DNA of 64,000 nucleotides. Source: an uncultured Gemmatimonadaceae bacterium. GTDB lineage: Bacteria; Gemmatimonadota; Gemmatimonadetes; Gemmatimonadales; Gemmatimonadaceae. The position numbers and the translations under genes were made by a program. This document shows, one piece after another, positions 9,280 to 19,166 of this stretch (positions within the stretch are counted from its first letter, which is position 1; the number at the start of each line of letters is the position of its first letter). The DNA lies in assembly GCA_963822945.1 (NCBI GenBank), contig CAWGJO010000021.1, positions 288,001 through 352,000 on the forward strand. Direction: 5' to 3'. Under the pieces are notes generated by a model that saw only the letters and a list, made by a program, of their open reading frames with translations, ran no database searches and was not told where the DNA came from.

Positions 9280-9362
9280 AAGCGTCCGGACGAAGCCCGC
9301 GAGGCGTCCGGACAAACCGCGGATTTCCCCAAAGAACACCGCAAAAGTCCCGGGATTTGCCC

Positions 9363-9378
9363 TGGCACGGGGACTGCT
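9363..9378 (+). promoter_or_regulatory. Probable sigma54 -24/-12 promoter
   Basis: TGGCACGGGGACTGCT (GG-N10-GC), just upstream of the ATG at 9392. Confidence 0.55.
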
Positions 9379-9391
9379 TTGGACACTCCCC

Positions 9392-10507
9392 ATGCGCATC
9401 CAATCCCTGCTCGGTCCCCTCGTCCTCGTGGCCCTCGCTTCCGGCTGCTCCGCGGCCACGGGAGACCCGACCGAGACCGGAGAGGGGACCGGACGCGCCG
9501 CCGAGCGAGTCAGCCAGGTCTCCAGCGCCTATTGCAGCATCCAGGTGAGCGGCCACGGGTCCGTGGACATGGAGCTGGACTACCTGCCGCACGTGATCGC
9601 TTGCGAGAACAACGGAGCCGGACTCGAAGCGTTGAAGGCGCAAGCAATCGCTGCGCGCAGCGTGGCCTACTACAACATGGCGACCCAAGGCTCGATCTGC
9701 GATGGCCAAGGGTGCCAGGTCTACAGCTGCAGCAACAAGCCGGGCCCCCTGCACTACCAGGCCGTGGCCGAGACCGCCCAGCAGTACTTGTCCTATTCGA
9801 ACATGCTCACCTACGGCTTCTACGTGGCCGGGGACTCCGGCGTGTCGGGTCCGGCCTGCGTGGATAGCGGCGGCTCCACCACGAAGTGGGTGACTTTCAA
9901 CGACGGAAAGTCCGGCACCAGCGTGACCCAGACGAAGCTCGGCTACGTCGGTCCGCCCGGCTTCGGCCAGAACCGCGGGTGCATGAGCCAGTACGGAGCG
10001 CGCTGCCTGGAGGACAACGGCCACAACTACGTGGGCATCCTGCGCTTTTACTACGGCAACGACATCAACGTGATCACCGCTCCCGGCAACTGCGACGTTC
10101 CGACCGTGGATCCCGGCACGCCCACGCCGACGCCGGACCCGACGCCCGAGCCCACTCCGGAACCCACGCCGGATCCGGGCGGCACGCCTCCGGCGCCGAG
10201 CGCCGGCTCCTGTCAGGGATTGTGCGGCAGCCCCAACGCGGCGCCCGGCTCGAGCCCTAGCTGCTACTGCGACGACCAGTGCACCGGCTACGGCGACTGC
10301 TGCCAGGATTTCACCGCGGCCTGCGGCTCGACACCGCCCGCACCGCCGCCGGAACCGACCCCCGCGCCCTCGCCCAGTGGCGGAAGCTGCATGGGTCAGT
10401 GCTGGAGCTCGACCCCCGCGGCCGGCTCGAGCCCCGCTTGCTACTGTGACGCGTCTTGCATCGGTTTCGGCGACTGCTGCGCCGACTTCGTGCCCGCCTG
10501 CCTGTGA
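9392..10507 (+). CDS. SpoIID/LytB-domain lipoprotein with Pro-Thr linker and two somatomedin-B-like domains
   Basis: Lipobox LASGC; YLPHVIACE..LEALKAQAIAARS, CQVY, GCMSQYGA, ILRFYY; SCQGLCG...CYCDDQCTGYGDCCQDF and SCMGQC...CYCDASCIGFGDCCADF. Confidence 0.8.
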   Translation: MRIQSLLGPLVLVALASGCSAATGDPTETGEGTGRAAERVSQVSSAYCSIQVSGHGSVDMELDYLPHVIACENNGAGLEALKAQAIAARSVAYYNMATQGSICDGQGCQVYSCSNKPGPLHYQAVAETAQQYLSYSNMLTYGFYVAGDSGVSGPACVDSGGSTTKWVTFNDGKSGTSVTQTKLGYVGPPGFGQNRGCMSQYGARCLEDNGHNYVGILRFYYGNDINVITAPGNCDVPTVDPGTPTPTPDPTPEPTPEPTPDPGGTPPAPSAGSCQGLCGSPNAAPGSSPSCYCDDQCTGYGDCCQDFTAACGSTPPAPPPEPTPAPSPSGGSCMGQCWSSTPAAGSSPACYCDASCIGFGDCCADFVPACL

Positions 10508-10513
10508 CAGTCG

Positions 10514-12822
10514 CTAGCGGCCGAGCGCCTCGGCGCGGTTGACGATGCGCGGCGTCAGGAAGATGACGAGCTCCCCACGGCTGTCGCTCGCGCGACGCCG
10601 CTGGAAGAGCAGCCCGATCAGCGGAATGTCTCCGAAGAACGGCACCTGGTCGTAGGTTGCGACCGGTGTTGCGTGTGAAGATACCGCCGATCACCGCGGT
10701 GTGACCGTCCATCACCAACAGGTCCGTTTCCGCCTCACGCTTGAGGATGGTCGGATCGCCGCGAGGTGACGTCTGGTTGAAGTCCGGCTCGTCGCGATTG
10801 ATCTTCACCTTCATGCTGATGCTGCCGTCCGCCGTCACGTGCGGCTTCACGAGCAGCTGCAGCTTCGCTTCCTGGAAGGTCGTCTGCACGCCCTGAGCAC
10901 TGATCTGTGAGAACGGGATCAAGGTGCCCTGGCTGATTCGCGCCTGTTGGTTGTCCATCGTCAGGATGCGCGGGCTGGACAGAATCCGCAGCATGCCGCT
11001 GGACTCCGCCGCTGACAGGCGAACCGCCAGGTTGATGGTGTTGTCGATGGACCCGAAGGAAAGCCCGATGGCGCCGCCTTGTCCGGTACCGACCGTGGCG
11101 GGCAGGTTGACCGCGAAGTTCGGATTGGGAACCGAGTTGGAGAACGGCGACAGACCCGCAGTGGGCGTGTTCGAGTCGCTGGCACCACCTACCAGACCAA
11201 CGGAGTTCGGAAACACCAGGCCCGTCGAGTTGCCCGTGGCACCAGAGAAGGTGGCGTCACCGCCCCACTGAATGCCGACGTCGCGCAGATAGCGGCTCGT
11301 AGCCTCCACGATGCGCGCTTCGACGAGCACCTGCGGTGTCTGAGTGTCCAGGGACCGCGTTAGCTCTTCGATCTGGTTCAGGTTGCCAGCGACGTCGCGC
11401 ACGATCATCACGTTGGTGCGCTCGTCTACCGCGATGGTCCCGCGTTCGACTGAGCAGATCCTTGGCTCGCGCTTGGATGTCCCCGGCGTTGGCGTAGCTC
11501 ACCGGAATGAGCCGCGTCTCGATGGGAGCGAGCTGCATTTCCTGCTTGCGCCGCGCAATGGCCATCTCGCGCTCTTTCTCCAGATCGGAGAGCGGTGCCA
11601 CGCGGATCATGTTGCCCTGGCGCACCATGCCCAGGCCTTTGGCTTGAAGCACCACGTCCAAAGCCTGATCCCAGGGCACGTTGCGCATGCGAATCGTGAC
11701 GCTGCCCGACACGTTGTCGGCGGTGACGATGTTCACTCGACCGACGTCCGCGAGCAGCCGGAGCACGTTGTGAACGTCAGCGTCCTTCAGGTCCAAATCG
11801 ACACGGCGGCCCGTGTAGCGTCCGCGCGCCTGACCCAGGATCCCAGGGCTGACGGCGGCGGCTTCGTCGCCCGCCGTTCGCTCCACGGCGCCTTCGGCAT
11901 AGCCGTCGTGAACCTTGGGAATGTCGGCGAATTCCGGCTCCACGTAGACCGTGCGCGTCTTGCGCGCGACGCCTCCATCGCGAGCCACGCCAGTCACGCT
12001 GGAAGGCAGCGCGCCGGGCTTGTAGAACGACCAAACCAGGCTGTTGCCGCGCTTGGCGACGTGATTTTCCGACTCGCCGGCCTCGACCTCGATCACCACC
12101 TCGTCGCTGGAGCCATCGGGCGCGTAGCTGGACACCGCGTTGATGGTTCCGCCAAACGCCGTGGCATCCAGAGTACGCGTCAGGGCCTTGGGCAAGCTGG
12201 CGCCGTCCAGCACCAGGCGCGCACGGTTCTTCCCGCTCTTGCCCAGCCGATAGCGCACGCCCTGCGACAGGTCGATCACGACGTCGTCCTGACCCGCCTT
12301 GTGCTCGAAGCGCACGTCGGAGACCCGCGCCACCCCGGTGGGGGCCTCGGGCTCCGCCGCTTTCAGCGTGATGGGCTTCTTCTCGTCCAGCACGCCGAGC
12401 TTGCCGGGCTTGAAGACCACGACCAGCTTGGTGCCTCGCACGCTGACCGAGTACTTTGCGTCCTTCAGCAACGTGACGAGCACACGGGTCGTCTTGGACC
12501 CGGCGTTGTCGAAGGTCTGGGCGAGCACGCCGCCGATCACGCCGGCGTGCTTGGTAACCGCTCCGGGTGCCCCACGGATGTCCGCATCCGGCACGTCGAT
12601 GATGAGCCGCTTGCGTTGCTTGTCCAAGCGCGCGGAGAACGTGGGCGCCGCGGTGAAACTCACAATCACCTGAGCGGCCCCGGTATTTCCCGTGGGCGCG
12701 ACTTGAATTCGAGTCGCATGCCTCGAGGCGCTACCAGCCGCTTCGGCGCGGCTGGGCGTCAGGATGGCAAGCGCCAGGCCCAGAGAGAGGGCGCTGGTAA
12801 GACGGGGCGAAGTCCACCTCAT
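10514..12822 (-). CDS. pilQ: Type IV pilus secretin PilQ; frameshifts near 11450 and 10650
   Basis: AMIN-like N-terminus; RVDLDLKDADVHNVLRLL, VPWDQALD, QVLVEARIVEA, SSPRILTMDNQQARISQG, PFFGDIPLIGLLF..ELVIFLTPRIV. Confidence 0.93.
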
Positions 12823-13005
12823 GGTCAGGCTCCGATCAACGGAATGGCCGATAAAACGCTGTTCAATGGTTCTGCGACCATTCGACGCGAAATCCTAACT
12901 GGTGTGGCCCATCACGAACAAATTCCGAGCCTTTCGTGACGACGCTTAGTTAAGTGGCGGTCCGCGAGCACACCCTCGCCAGCGCAGGTACGCCGCGCGC
13001 GACGC

Positions 13006-13608
13006 TCACTCGCCGTCGACGACGGTGCCTTCGGGGCGCAGTGGAATGACGCGTGTCGCGCTGGGAACGTCAGGGTTCTTCGGATCTTCACGCACGAGAA
13101 CGATGTCCCCGTCGCGGATGCGGTCTACTCGCCAGTTAATCTCGTAAGAAGCTCCCGAGCCCGTCCCCGCTTGAACCACCTCGGGCCGACCGATGTACTG
13201 GCCACGCTGAACGACATGGCCCTTGCCGGTCGGATCCACCAGCATCGCCTTGGCGGGGTGGATACCGGTGACGATGCCGATGAGCTTGAGCTCGTCGACG
13301 TTGTACTGATCCAGCAACACCTCGCGCTGCGACTTCACCTTGCCGCGGGCCTCGTCGACGAAGGTGTTCGCATAGGACCGAAACGGGTCTCGGCTTCGCT
13401 CGTTCTCCGCGAATTCTGCCTCTTGAAAGTCGATCTTGGGGGGCGTGACGGCGCCATCTCCGGCGCCGCCGTCCACCGCTGCCACGGCCTTGGCGGATCC
13501 AGCAGGCCCACCACCGCCGCTGGTTGGCTTGGCGATCTCTTCGGCGCAAGCCGTGACGGATACGGCAAAAATACCGAGAAAAGCGGCCCGAAGCCAGAGC
13601 GCGCTCAC
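13006..13608 (-). CDS. pilP: Type IV pilus assembly lipoprotein PilP
   Basis: Lipobox VTAC, RDPF motif, ELKLIGIV..AMLVDPTG; GTG start overlaps the pilO stop. Confidence 0.88.
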   Translation of the reverse strand: MSALWLRAAFLGIFAVSVTACAEEIAKPTSGGGGPAGSAKAVAAVDGGAGDGAVTPPKIDFQEAEFAENERSRDPFRSYANTFVDEARGKVKSQREVLLDQYNVDELKLIGIVTGIHPAKAMLVDPTGKGHVVQRGQYIGRPEVVQAGTGSGASYEINWRVDRIRDGDIVLVREDPKNPDVPSATRVIPLRPEGTVVDGE

Positions 13609-14228
13609 TTCTTGGGCCCTCCCGGCTGCTGTCGCTGGTCGCGTTTGTCCACCTTGCCCTTGCCTTCTTCCAAGGCGCGGAATGCCGTAGCTAGCACCTC
13701 GACCTTCACGTCCACCTCGTCGCCTTCGGGCTTGGGGTCCGTGATCGAGATGTTCTCCATGTTGATGATGCGGTCCAACTGCCCCACCCCGTAGAAGAAC
13801 TTGGCGACCTGGTGAAAGCGGCCCGTTAGCTCGAGCTTCATGGGGACACGGGCGTAGAACTGCTCGGGGATCTCTTCTTGCGGCGTCCAAGCGGAAAGGC
13901 TCACGCCACTCACGTTTGCGACGGACTGAAGTGAGCTCAAGAACGACGGGTACTCGGTCGTGGCCGGCAAGATCTTCTGGAGCTCACGCTGACGCTGCTG
14001 CCGGTCCGTGAGCTCGGCGAGATCCTTTTGGTAGGCGAACTCGTTCTTGCGCGCCTCGGCGAGATCGCCGCGAAGCTGGCGTTCGCGTCCTTGCGCTGCC
14101 TTGATGCTGCTGGCGAGGTCACCGTAGAACACGACGAAGTAGGCCACGCCGACCAACACCAAGAGGCCGGCGCCGATGCCGAGCTTGGCCAGCAGGGGCA
14201 GGCGGGCGAGGCTGGATTCCTTGGCCAT
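13605..14228 (-). CDS. pilO: Type IV pilus assembly protein PilO
   Basis: TM + coiled coil, ILP...E, FYARVPMKLELTGRFHQV, LDRII; operon position. Confidence 0.92.
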   Translation of the reverse strand: MAKESSLARLPLLAKLGIGAGLLVLVGVAYFVVFYGDLASSIKAAQGRERQLRGDLAEARKNEFAYQKDLAELTDRQQRQRELQKILPATTEYPSFLSSLQSVANVSGVSLSAWTPQEEIPEQFYARVPMKLELTGRFHQVAKFFYGVGQLDRIINMENISITDPKPEGDEVDVKVEVLATAFRALEEGKGKVDKRDQRQQPGGPKK

Positions 14229-14866
14229 CAGTACCTCACCTGGGCTTCCAGCTGGAAACGTACGACTTCCAGGCCGGAGTCCTTGTCCTTCTCCGTTTTG
14301 GCCGGGAGCAGCCGCACGTCGAAGAAGTAGCTGGACAGATTCATCCGCCGCGCGAGCTCGCTGACGTCCTCGCCGTCGCGTGCGACGCCTTCGAGGCGCA
14401 CGTTTCGCTGCTGCTCCACGAATCTAGTGAGCCACAGTCGGCGCGCGTCCCATCCCGGGTTGTAAACCGCCAGTGGGTTCTCTTTGCGGATTTGGGCCAG
14501 ACGATCCGGGTCCACGCTGGGCCCCCGTCCCGGCGTGAGTATCCGGGCGAGCTCGAGCATCACTGCCGTAGGACCAGTGCGGGCGCTCTGCAGCTTGGCG
14601 ATGGCATCTTCCCGAGCACGGAGCTGCTCCAGCTGCTCCTTGACCCTCGCGTGGTTGGCTACCGCGCGCTTGGACGTCTCGATCTGGTTGGTCAGCTCCG
14701 CGTTCTTGCGGTTCTGATCCTTGAGCTCTTCGCTCTTGATGCCGTGGAACACGAACAAGCCACCGGCCTCGAAGATGAAGAGCACCAGAACCACGACCAG
14801 CCACATCTGGCTGGCTTCGGTTCGCTCAGCCCGCTTCTTCTGCGGGAGTAGATTGATTCTGATCAC
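14228..14866 (-). CDS. pilN: Type IV pilus assembly protein PilN
   Basis: N-terminal INLLP motif, TM, coiled coil. Confidence 0.92.
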   Translation of the reverse strand: MIRINLLPQKKRAERTEASQMWLVVVLVLFIFEAGGLFVFHGIKSEELKDQNRKNAELTNQIETSKRAVANHARVKEQLEQLRAREDAIAKLQSARTGPTAVMLELARILTPGRGPSVDPDRLAQIRKENPLAVYNPGWDARRLWLTRFVEQQRNVRLEGVARDGEDVSELARRMNLSSYFFDVRLLPAKTEKDKDSGLEVVRFQLEAQVRY

Positions 14867-15940
14867 GCCCGGCTCTCCTTTTCCTTACGGAGCGAGAGCC
14901 CCAGGGCGACGCCGAGCTGAGCCGCACGGCTCTGCAGCACGTTGGCCGCCACTTCCTTGGCGTCCACGATGATGCGTTCCACCGGGGACCAGACCTCGGT
15001 AGGAACGCGAGCCCTGCGCTCGACTGCTTGGGCCAGGCTGCGACAAATTCGCGGTGCCGCCCGTCACGAAAATTCGGGTAATTTCTGCTTCCCCGCTGGT
15101 AGCCATGAAGAAGTCCAGACTGCGCTGGATTTCGGCGGCAATCGCGTCGGAAACGGACTCGATGATCTGCACGACTTGCTGCGGCACCATGCCGGCGCGA
15201 TACGGGTCGTTGGGATCTGCGGGCCCCCCGCACTTGTACGCTTCGGCTTGCTCGAAGGGCACACCGAGCTGCTTCTGGATTTCGTCGGTTATGACGTTGC
15301 CACCGTTGGCGATTTCCCGCGTGAACGCACTCACGCCACCGGCGATGATGTTCAGCGACGCCAGGCTGGCACCCACGTTGATCAATGCGATGGTGTTGTC
15401 CGGCGGCAAGCCGCGGGAGAACTCGAACAAGTTCTGCACCGTGAAAGCGTCGATATCGCAGACCACGGGCTTGAGCCGCGCGTCGCGGGCGAGCTGCGCG
15501 TAGTCGTTGATCTGATCGCGCTTTGCCGCGACCAGGAGCAGGTCCATCTGGCTCGCCTCGGGGCGCCGCCTGAGAACCTGGTAGTCCACCTGCACGTCCT
15601 TGATGTCGAACGGAATGTGCTGCTCGGCTTCCCAGTGAATCTGCTCGTCCAGCTCCGCCTGAGTCATCATCGGCACGGTGATCTTGCGGATGATGACGCT
15701 CTGGCCGGAAACGCTGATGGCGCATTCCTTCTGCCGGATCTTGGAGTCGTGAAACACGCGCTGAAGCGTCTCGATGACATTCGAGGCGTCCATCACCTGA
15801 CCATCCACGATGGTCTGCGGGGCGAGCGGGGCAAAACCGAGGCGCAGAAGGCTGGGCCCTTTCCGGGTCTCCTTCAGCTGGCAGACCTTGATCGAGCTCG
15901 TCCCGATATCGACCCCGACCAGATTCTTCCCTTCGCCCAT
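14863..15940 (-). CDS. pilM: Type IV pilus assembly protein PilM; frameshift near 15040
   Basis: VGVDIGTSSIK, EAEQHIPFDI, EIQRSLDFF, VTGG; the C-terminus LGLSLRKEKESRA* is in another frame. Confidence 0.93.
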
Positions 15941-16169
15941 TTCGCCTCGATGGCCGCGGGTGTCCCGGGACCCGGGGTCCCAAACACTCCTTTGGAGATT
16001 ACCGGGACAAACTTTGGCACTGTCGGAGTAAAGACGCCAAAAAAGCGGGACTGGATTGCACCGTTAATGTCCGGGCAGCCACCCCGGCCCTGCCCCGCCG
16101 ACATCATCCTCCGCTTTTTTGGGCTTTCGGCCGAGGCGTGTAAGAGCTATCCGCCGAAGGCTCGACCCG

Positions 16170-17171
16170 ATGCCCAGACTGGCGCCCGTCCTGCTACTGA
16201 CCCTGATGTCCGCCCTAGCTGCGCCCAGTGCGCTGGCAAAGGCGAAGCATGAAAAGCCCACGGCAGTGCGCACGCACGTCGTGTACCCGGGGCAGACGCT
16301 CGGGATGATCGCCAAGCGCTATCGCATCAGCGTGGACGCTCTGTGCCGCGCCAACGGCATCCGGCAAAAGAGCCCGATCCGCCCGAAGCAGAAGCTGGCA
16401 ATCCCCCCGCCAGACGACAAAGACGGCAGCCAAACGGCCGAGAAGCTGGCGAAGGCCGAGCACGCCACCAAGACTCACCGAGGCAAGAAGGCTGACAAAG
16501 CCGGGAAAGCCGAGCCGGCCACCAAGCCGGCCAGCTTGCACTTGTCGCCCAAGAAGGCGAAGCGGACCAAGAAGGAAAAGGACCCCTACGCCCGCCGCCC
16601 CCGCCGGCGTGGGTACCTGGACCTGACCAGCTTCAGCGGAAAGTGGCGCGGGTACGCCGTGCGCAAGGGCAAGGTCACCAATCAGGCGCGAGCTGGATTC
16701 GATCGCGTGCTGGCCTCCTGGCGCACTGGGCAGCGGGAGCACATCCACGAGCGGCTGATCCGCATGCTCACCAAGGTCAGCGACCATTTTGGCGGCCGCC
16801 CGATCAAGGTGATCAGCGGCTACAGGCCGTACCGGCCCACCCAGTACACCCCCCATTCCCGCCACAACGCGGGCCATGCCGTCGACTTCCACATTCCGGG
16901 CGTACCCAACGAGGTCGTCCGCGACTACTGCCGCTCTCTGCCCAAGGTCGGCGTGGGCTACTACCCGAACTCCACCTTCATCCACATGGACGTGCGGGAG
17001 CTGCGCACCTACTGGATCGACTACTCCGGCCCCGGCGAAGCGCCGCGCTACGCCAACTCGAAGGGGCAGGATCCTGCGCTGTCATCCAAGAAGGCGCCGG
17101 AGCACGACGACGGCGACGACGACAAGCACGACGGCCCGGCCCAAGGCACCAAACCGGGCAACGACGGCTAA
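16170..17171 (+). CDS. LysM + peptidase M15A (DUF882/YcbK-like) secreted cell-wall peptidase
   Basis: Signal peptide; LysM HVVYPGQTLGMIAKRY; ISGYR, SRHNAGHAVDF, GVGYYPNSTFIHMDVR. Confidence 0.85.
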   Translation: MPRLAPVLLLTLMSALAAPSALAKAKHEKPTAVRTHVVYPGQTLGMIAKRYRISVDALCRANGIRQKSPIRPKQKLAIPPPDDKDGSQTAEKLAKAEHATKTHRGKKADKAGKAEPATKPASLHLSPKKAKRTKKEKDPYARRPRRRGYLDLTSFSGKWRGYAVRKGKVTNQARAGFDRVLASWRTGQREHIHERLIRMLTKVSDHFGGRPIKVISGYRPYRPTQYTPHSRHNAGHAVDFHIPGVPNEVVRDYCRSLPKVGVGYYPNSTFIHMDVRELRTYWIDYSGPGEAPRYANSKGQDPALSSKKAPEHDDGDDDKHDGPAQGTKPGNDG

Positions 17172-17513
17172 GCCTTCACGCGCTTGCGCTTGATGACGCG
17201 CTCCGGCTCTGCTCGCACGATGGCATTCGTCTCGGCGTCGCGGTACCGAACCTGACACGTGAGCTTGCCGCCGGGGGCGAACAGGCTGGCAGCATCGTCG
17301 TACATGTAGCGAATCTCCCTGCGCAGCCCTTCTTTGGCGGCTGTTTCCGCTTCTGGAGAGTCCTCGTCCGTGCGCCACTTGCCGATGTGGGGCGGCAGCG
17401 CCTCCAGCTTGCCCAGCCGCTGCTCGGCGAACCCGGGCACCTCGCGCAACATCAACCCCAGGTACAGGGCCACGGCCAGCCACCGCCAAGATCACCAAGA
17501 ACGCAACGAGCAC
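17168..17513 (-). CDS. Small hypothetical membrane-anchored protein (probable frameshift near 17480)
   Basis: ORF 17168-17473 plus a hydrophobic start MLVAFLVILAV in an adjacent frame. Confidence 0.5.
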
Positions 17514-17552
17514 GGCGGGAGACTACGACTTTTCGCCGGCGTTTTCCAGGGC

Positions 17553-18175
17553 TCAGTTGCACTGGGCCTGCGCCTGAGCCTCCCAGTTGTCCGAGCACGT
17601 GCCCGCCACCACGAATTGTTTGCCGGCACCGCTCCCGATGGTGCAGGTGCACGTCATCGAGCCGGGCTCCACCTGGCATTCCGCAGCCCAATTGACGTAT
17701 TTGCCCACGCAGCTCGCACTGCAGCTGGTCGCCGAACCGCCGCCGCTGCAGCTCGGCAGGCAGGATTCCAACGCGCTCATGAGTGGCTTGCATGCGGGCG
17801 GCGCAACTGGATCGCCACTCTGGTCACAGACCATCCCCTCCGCCAGCAAGCACTGGAGTGCCTGCCGAAGCTCGAGGGTGCACTGGGCCAGTTCGAGCCT
17901 CGGCGACGCTTTCGGTCACCTGAGCGTTGCAATCGGTGAGAGCGCAGGGCAGCGCTTCCACTTGTTTGCACAGCGCGTCGATCTTGGAAGGGATGTCGCC
18001 CCCGGACCCGCCGCTGCCAACCGCTCCCCCTCCGCCACCGCCACCGGCTCCGCCATTCCCGCCGGTCGCTGTGCCACCGGCCGCAGCCCCCGGCGCCGCC
18101 CTCCGCTTTGCCCCCACAGGCGGTCAACACGAGCGCGGCGAGGAGCGCGCCAAAGCCCAATCGCTGCTTCCCCAT
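17553..18175 (-). CDS. Gly-rich/Cys-rich lipoprotein; frameshifted
   Basis: MGKQRLGFGALLAALVLTAC lipobox; Gly linker and Cys-rich C-terminus across ORFs 17777, 17824, 17553. Confidence 0.6.
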
Positions 18176-18232
18176 CGCGGGGATTTTCCCACTGGACTGT
18201 CGCGGTAACCAGACAATCCGCATAATCCGGCG

Positions 18233-19098
18233 ATGGCGGCAGGAAAAAGATGGCTGGGCGCAGCCAAAGAAGTCACCCGAGATGCTTTCAGGATGTTCTC
18301 GGAGCGCGGCGCACGCTTGCTCAGCGGCTCGATCGCCTTCTACGCCCTGGTCTCCGTGGTTCCCATTCTGGTCATCGCGCTACGCGTGGCAGGCTCCTTC
18401 GTGAACGACGCGGCGGCCGCCTCCGCGCTGCGCTCCGATCTCTCGCGCTGGGTCGGCGCAACGGGGCGCAAACACGGTGCTGTCGCTGGTGTCGACGGCC
18501 CAGCACCACACGGGCTCCAGCTGGTCTGGCGCGCTGAGCGCTGTGGTGCTGGTCTACGCGTCGACCCGGCTCTTTTCGCAGCTGACCCGCGCGCTGGACA
18601 TGCTGTGGCAAGTCGAGACGCCCGGCTCGAAGCACGGGCGTCTGGGCGACGGTGCGAAGCCAGCTCGTGCGCCGCTCCTTGGCTTTCGTCATGGTACTCG
18701 GCGATCGGGTTGCTCTTGGTCGGCGACACGCTGTTGCACATGGGTTTCGCCGCATCGCGCCAGATCGGAGGTTGAACGCGACTGAGGTCTCCAGGGCGCT
18801 GGAGGCGACGGTATCGCTTTCAGTAGCCGTCGCCCTGTTCTCTCTCATGTTCCGCCTACTGCCGCAGGCGAAGGTCACCCTGGGCGACGCTCTGCTCGGC
18901 GGCGCCGTCACCGCGCTGCTCTTCACCGTCGGCTCCTTGGCCATAACCGCCTACGTGACGCGCAGGGACGTGTCCCTGTACGGGGCCGCCAGCAGCATCG
19001 TCATGTTGCTGATGTGGGTGAACTACAGCGCGCATGTCTTCTTCTTGGGTGCATCATTCACCTGCGCTCACGCTCGCAGGCGCGGCAGCCTGCGCTGA
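18233..19098 (+). CDS. YihY/BrkB family membrane protein; frameshifted
   Basis: SGSIAFYALVSVVP, FRLLP, YGAASSIVMLLMWVNYSAHVFFLGA. Confidence 0.8.
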
Positions 19099-19166
19099 GC
19101 CGCTCCTGGCTTTTGCAGGGCGGCGGCGGGTTGACCTCGGACGGCCGCGCACCATCCACTAGCGAG

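Noticed and set aside
9282..9313. Direct repeat GCGTCCGGAC twice after the esterase stop
   Set aside because: Only 10 bp in GC-rich DNA. It could be an enhancer-binding site for the downstream sigma54 promoter, but there is no further support.
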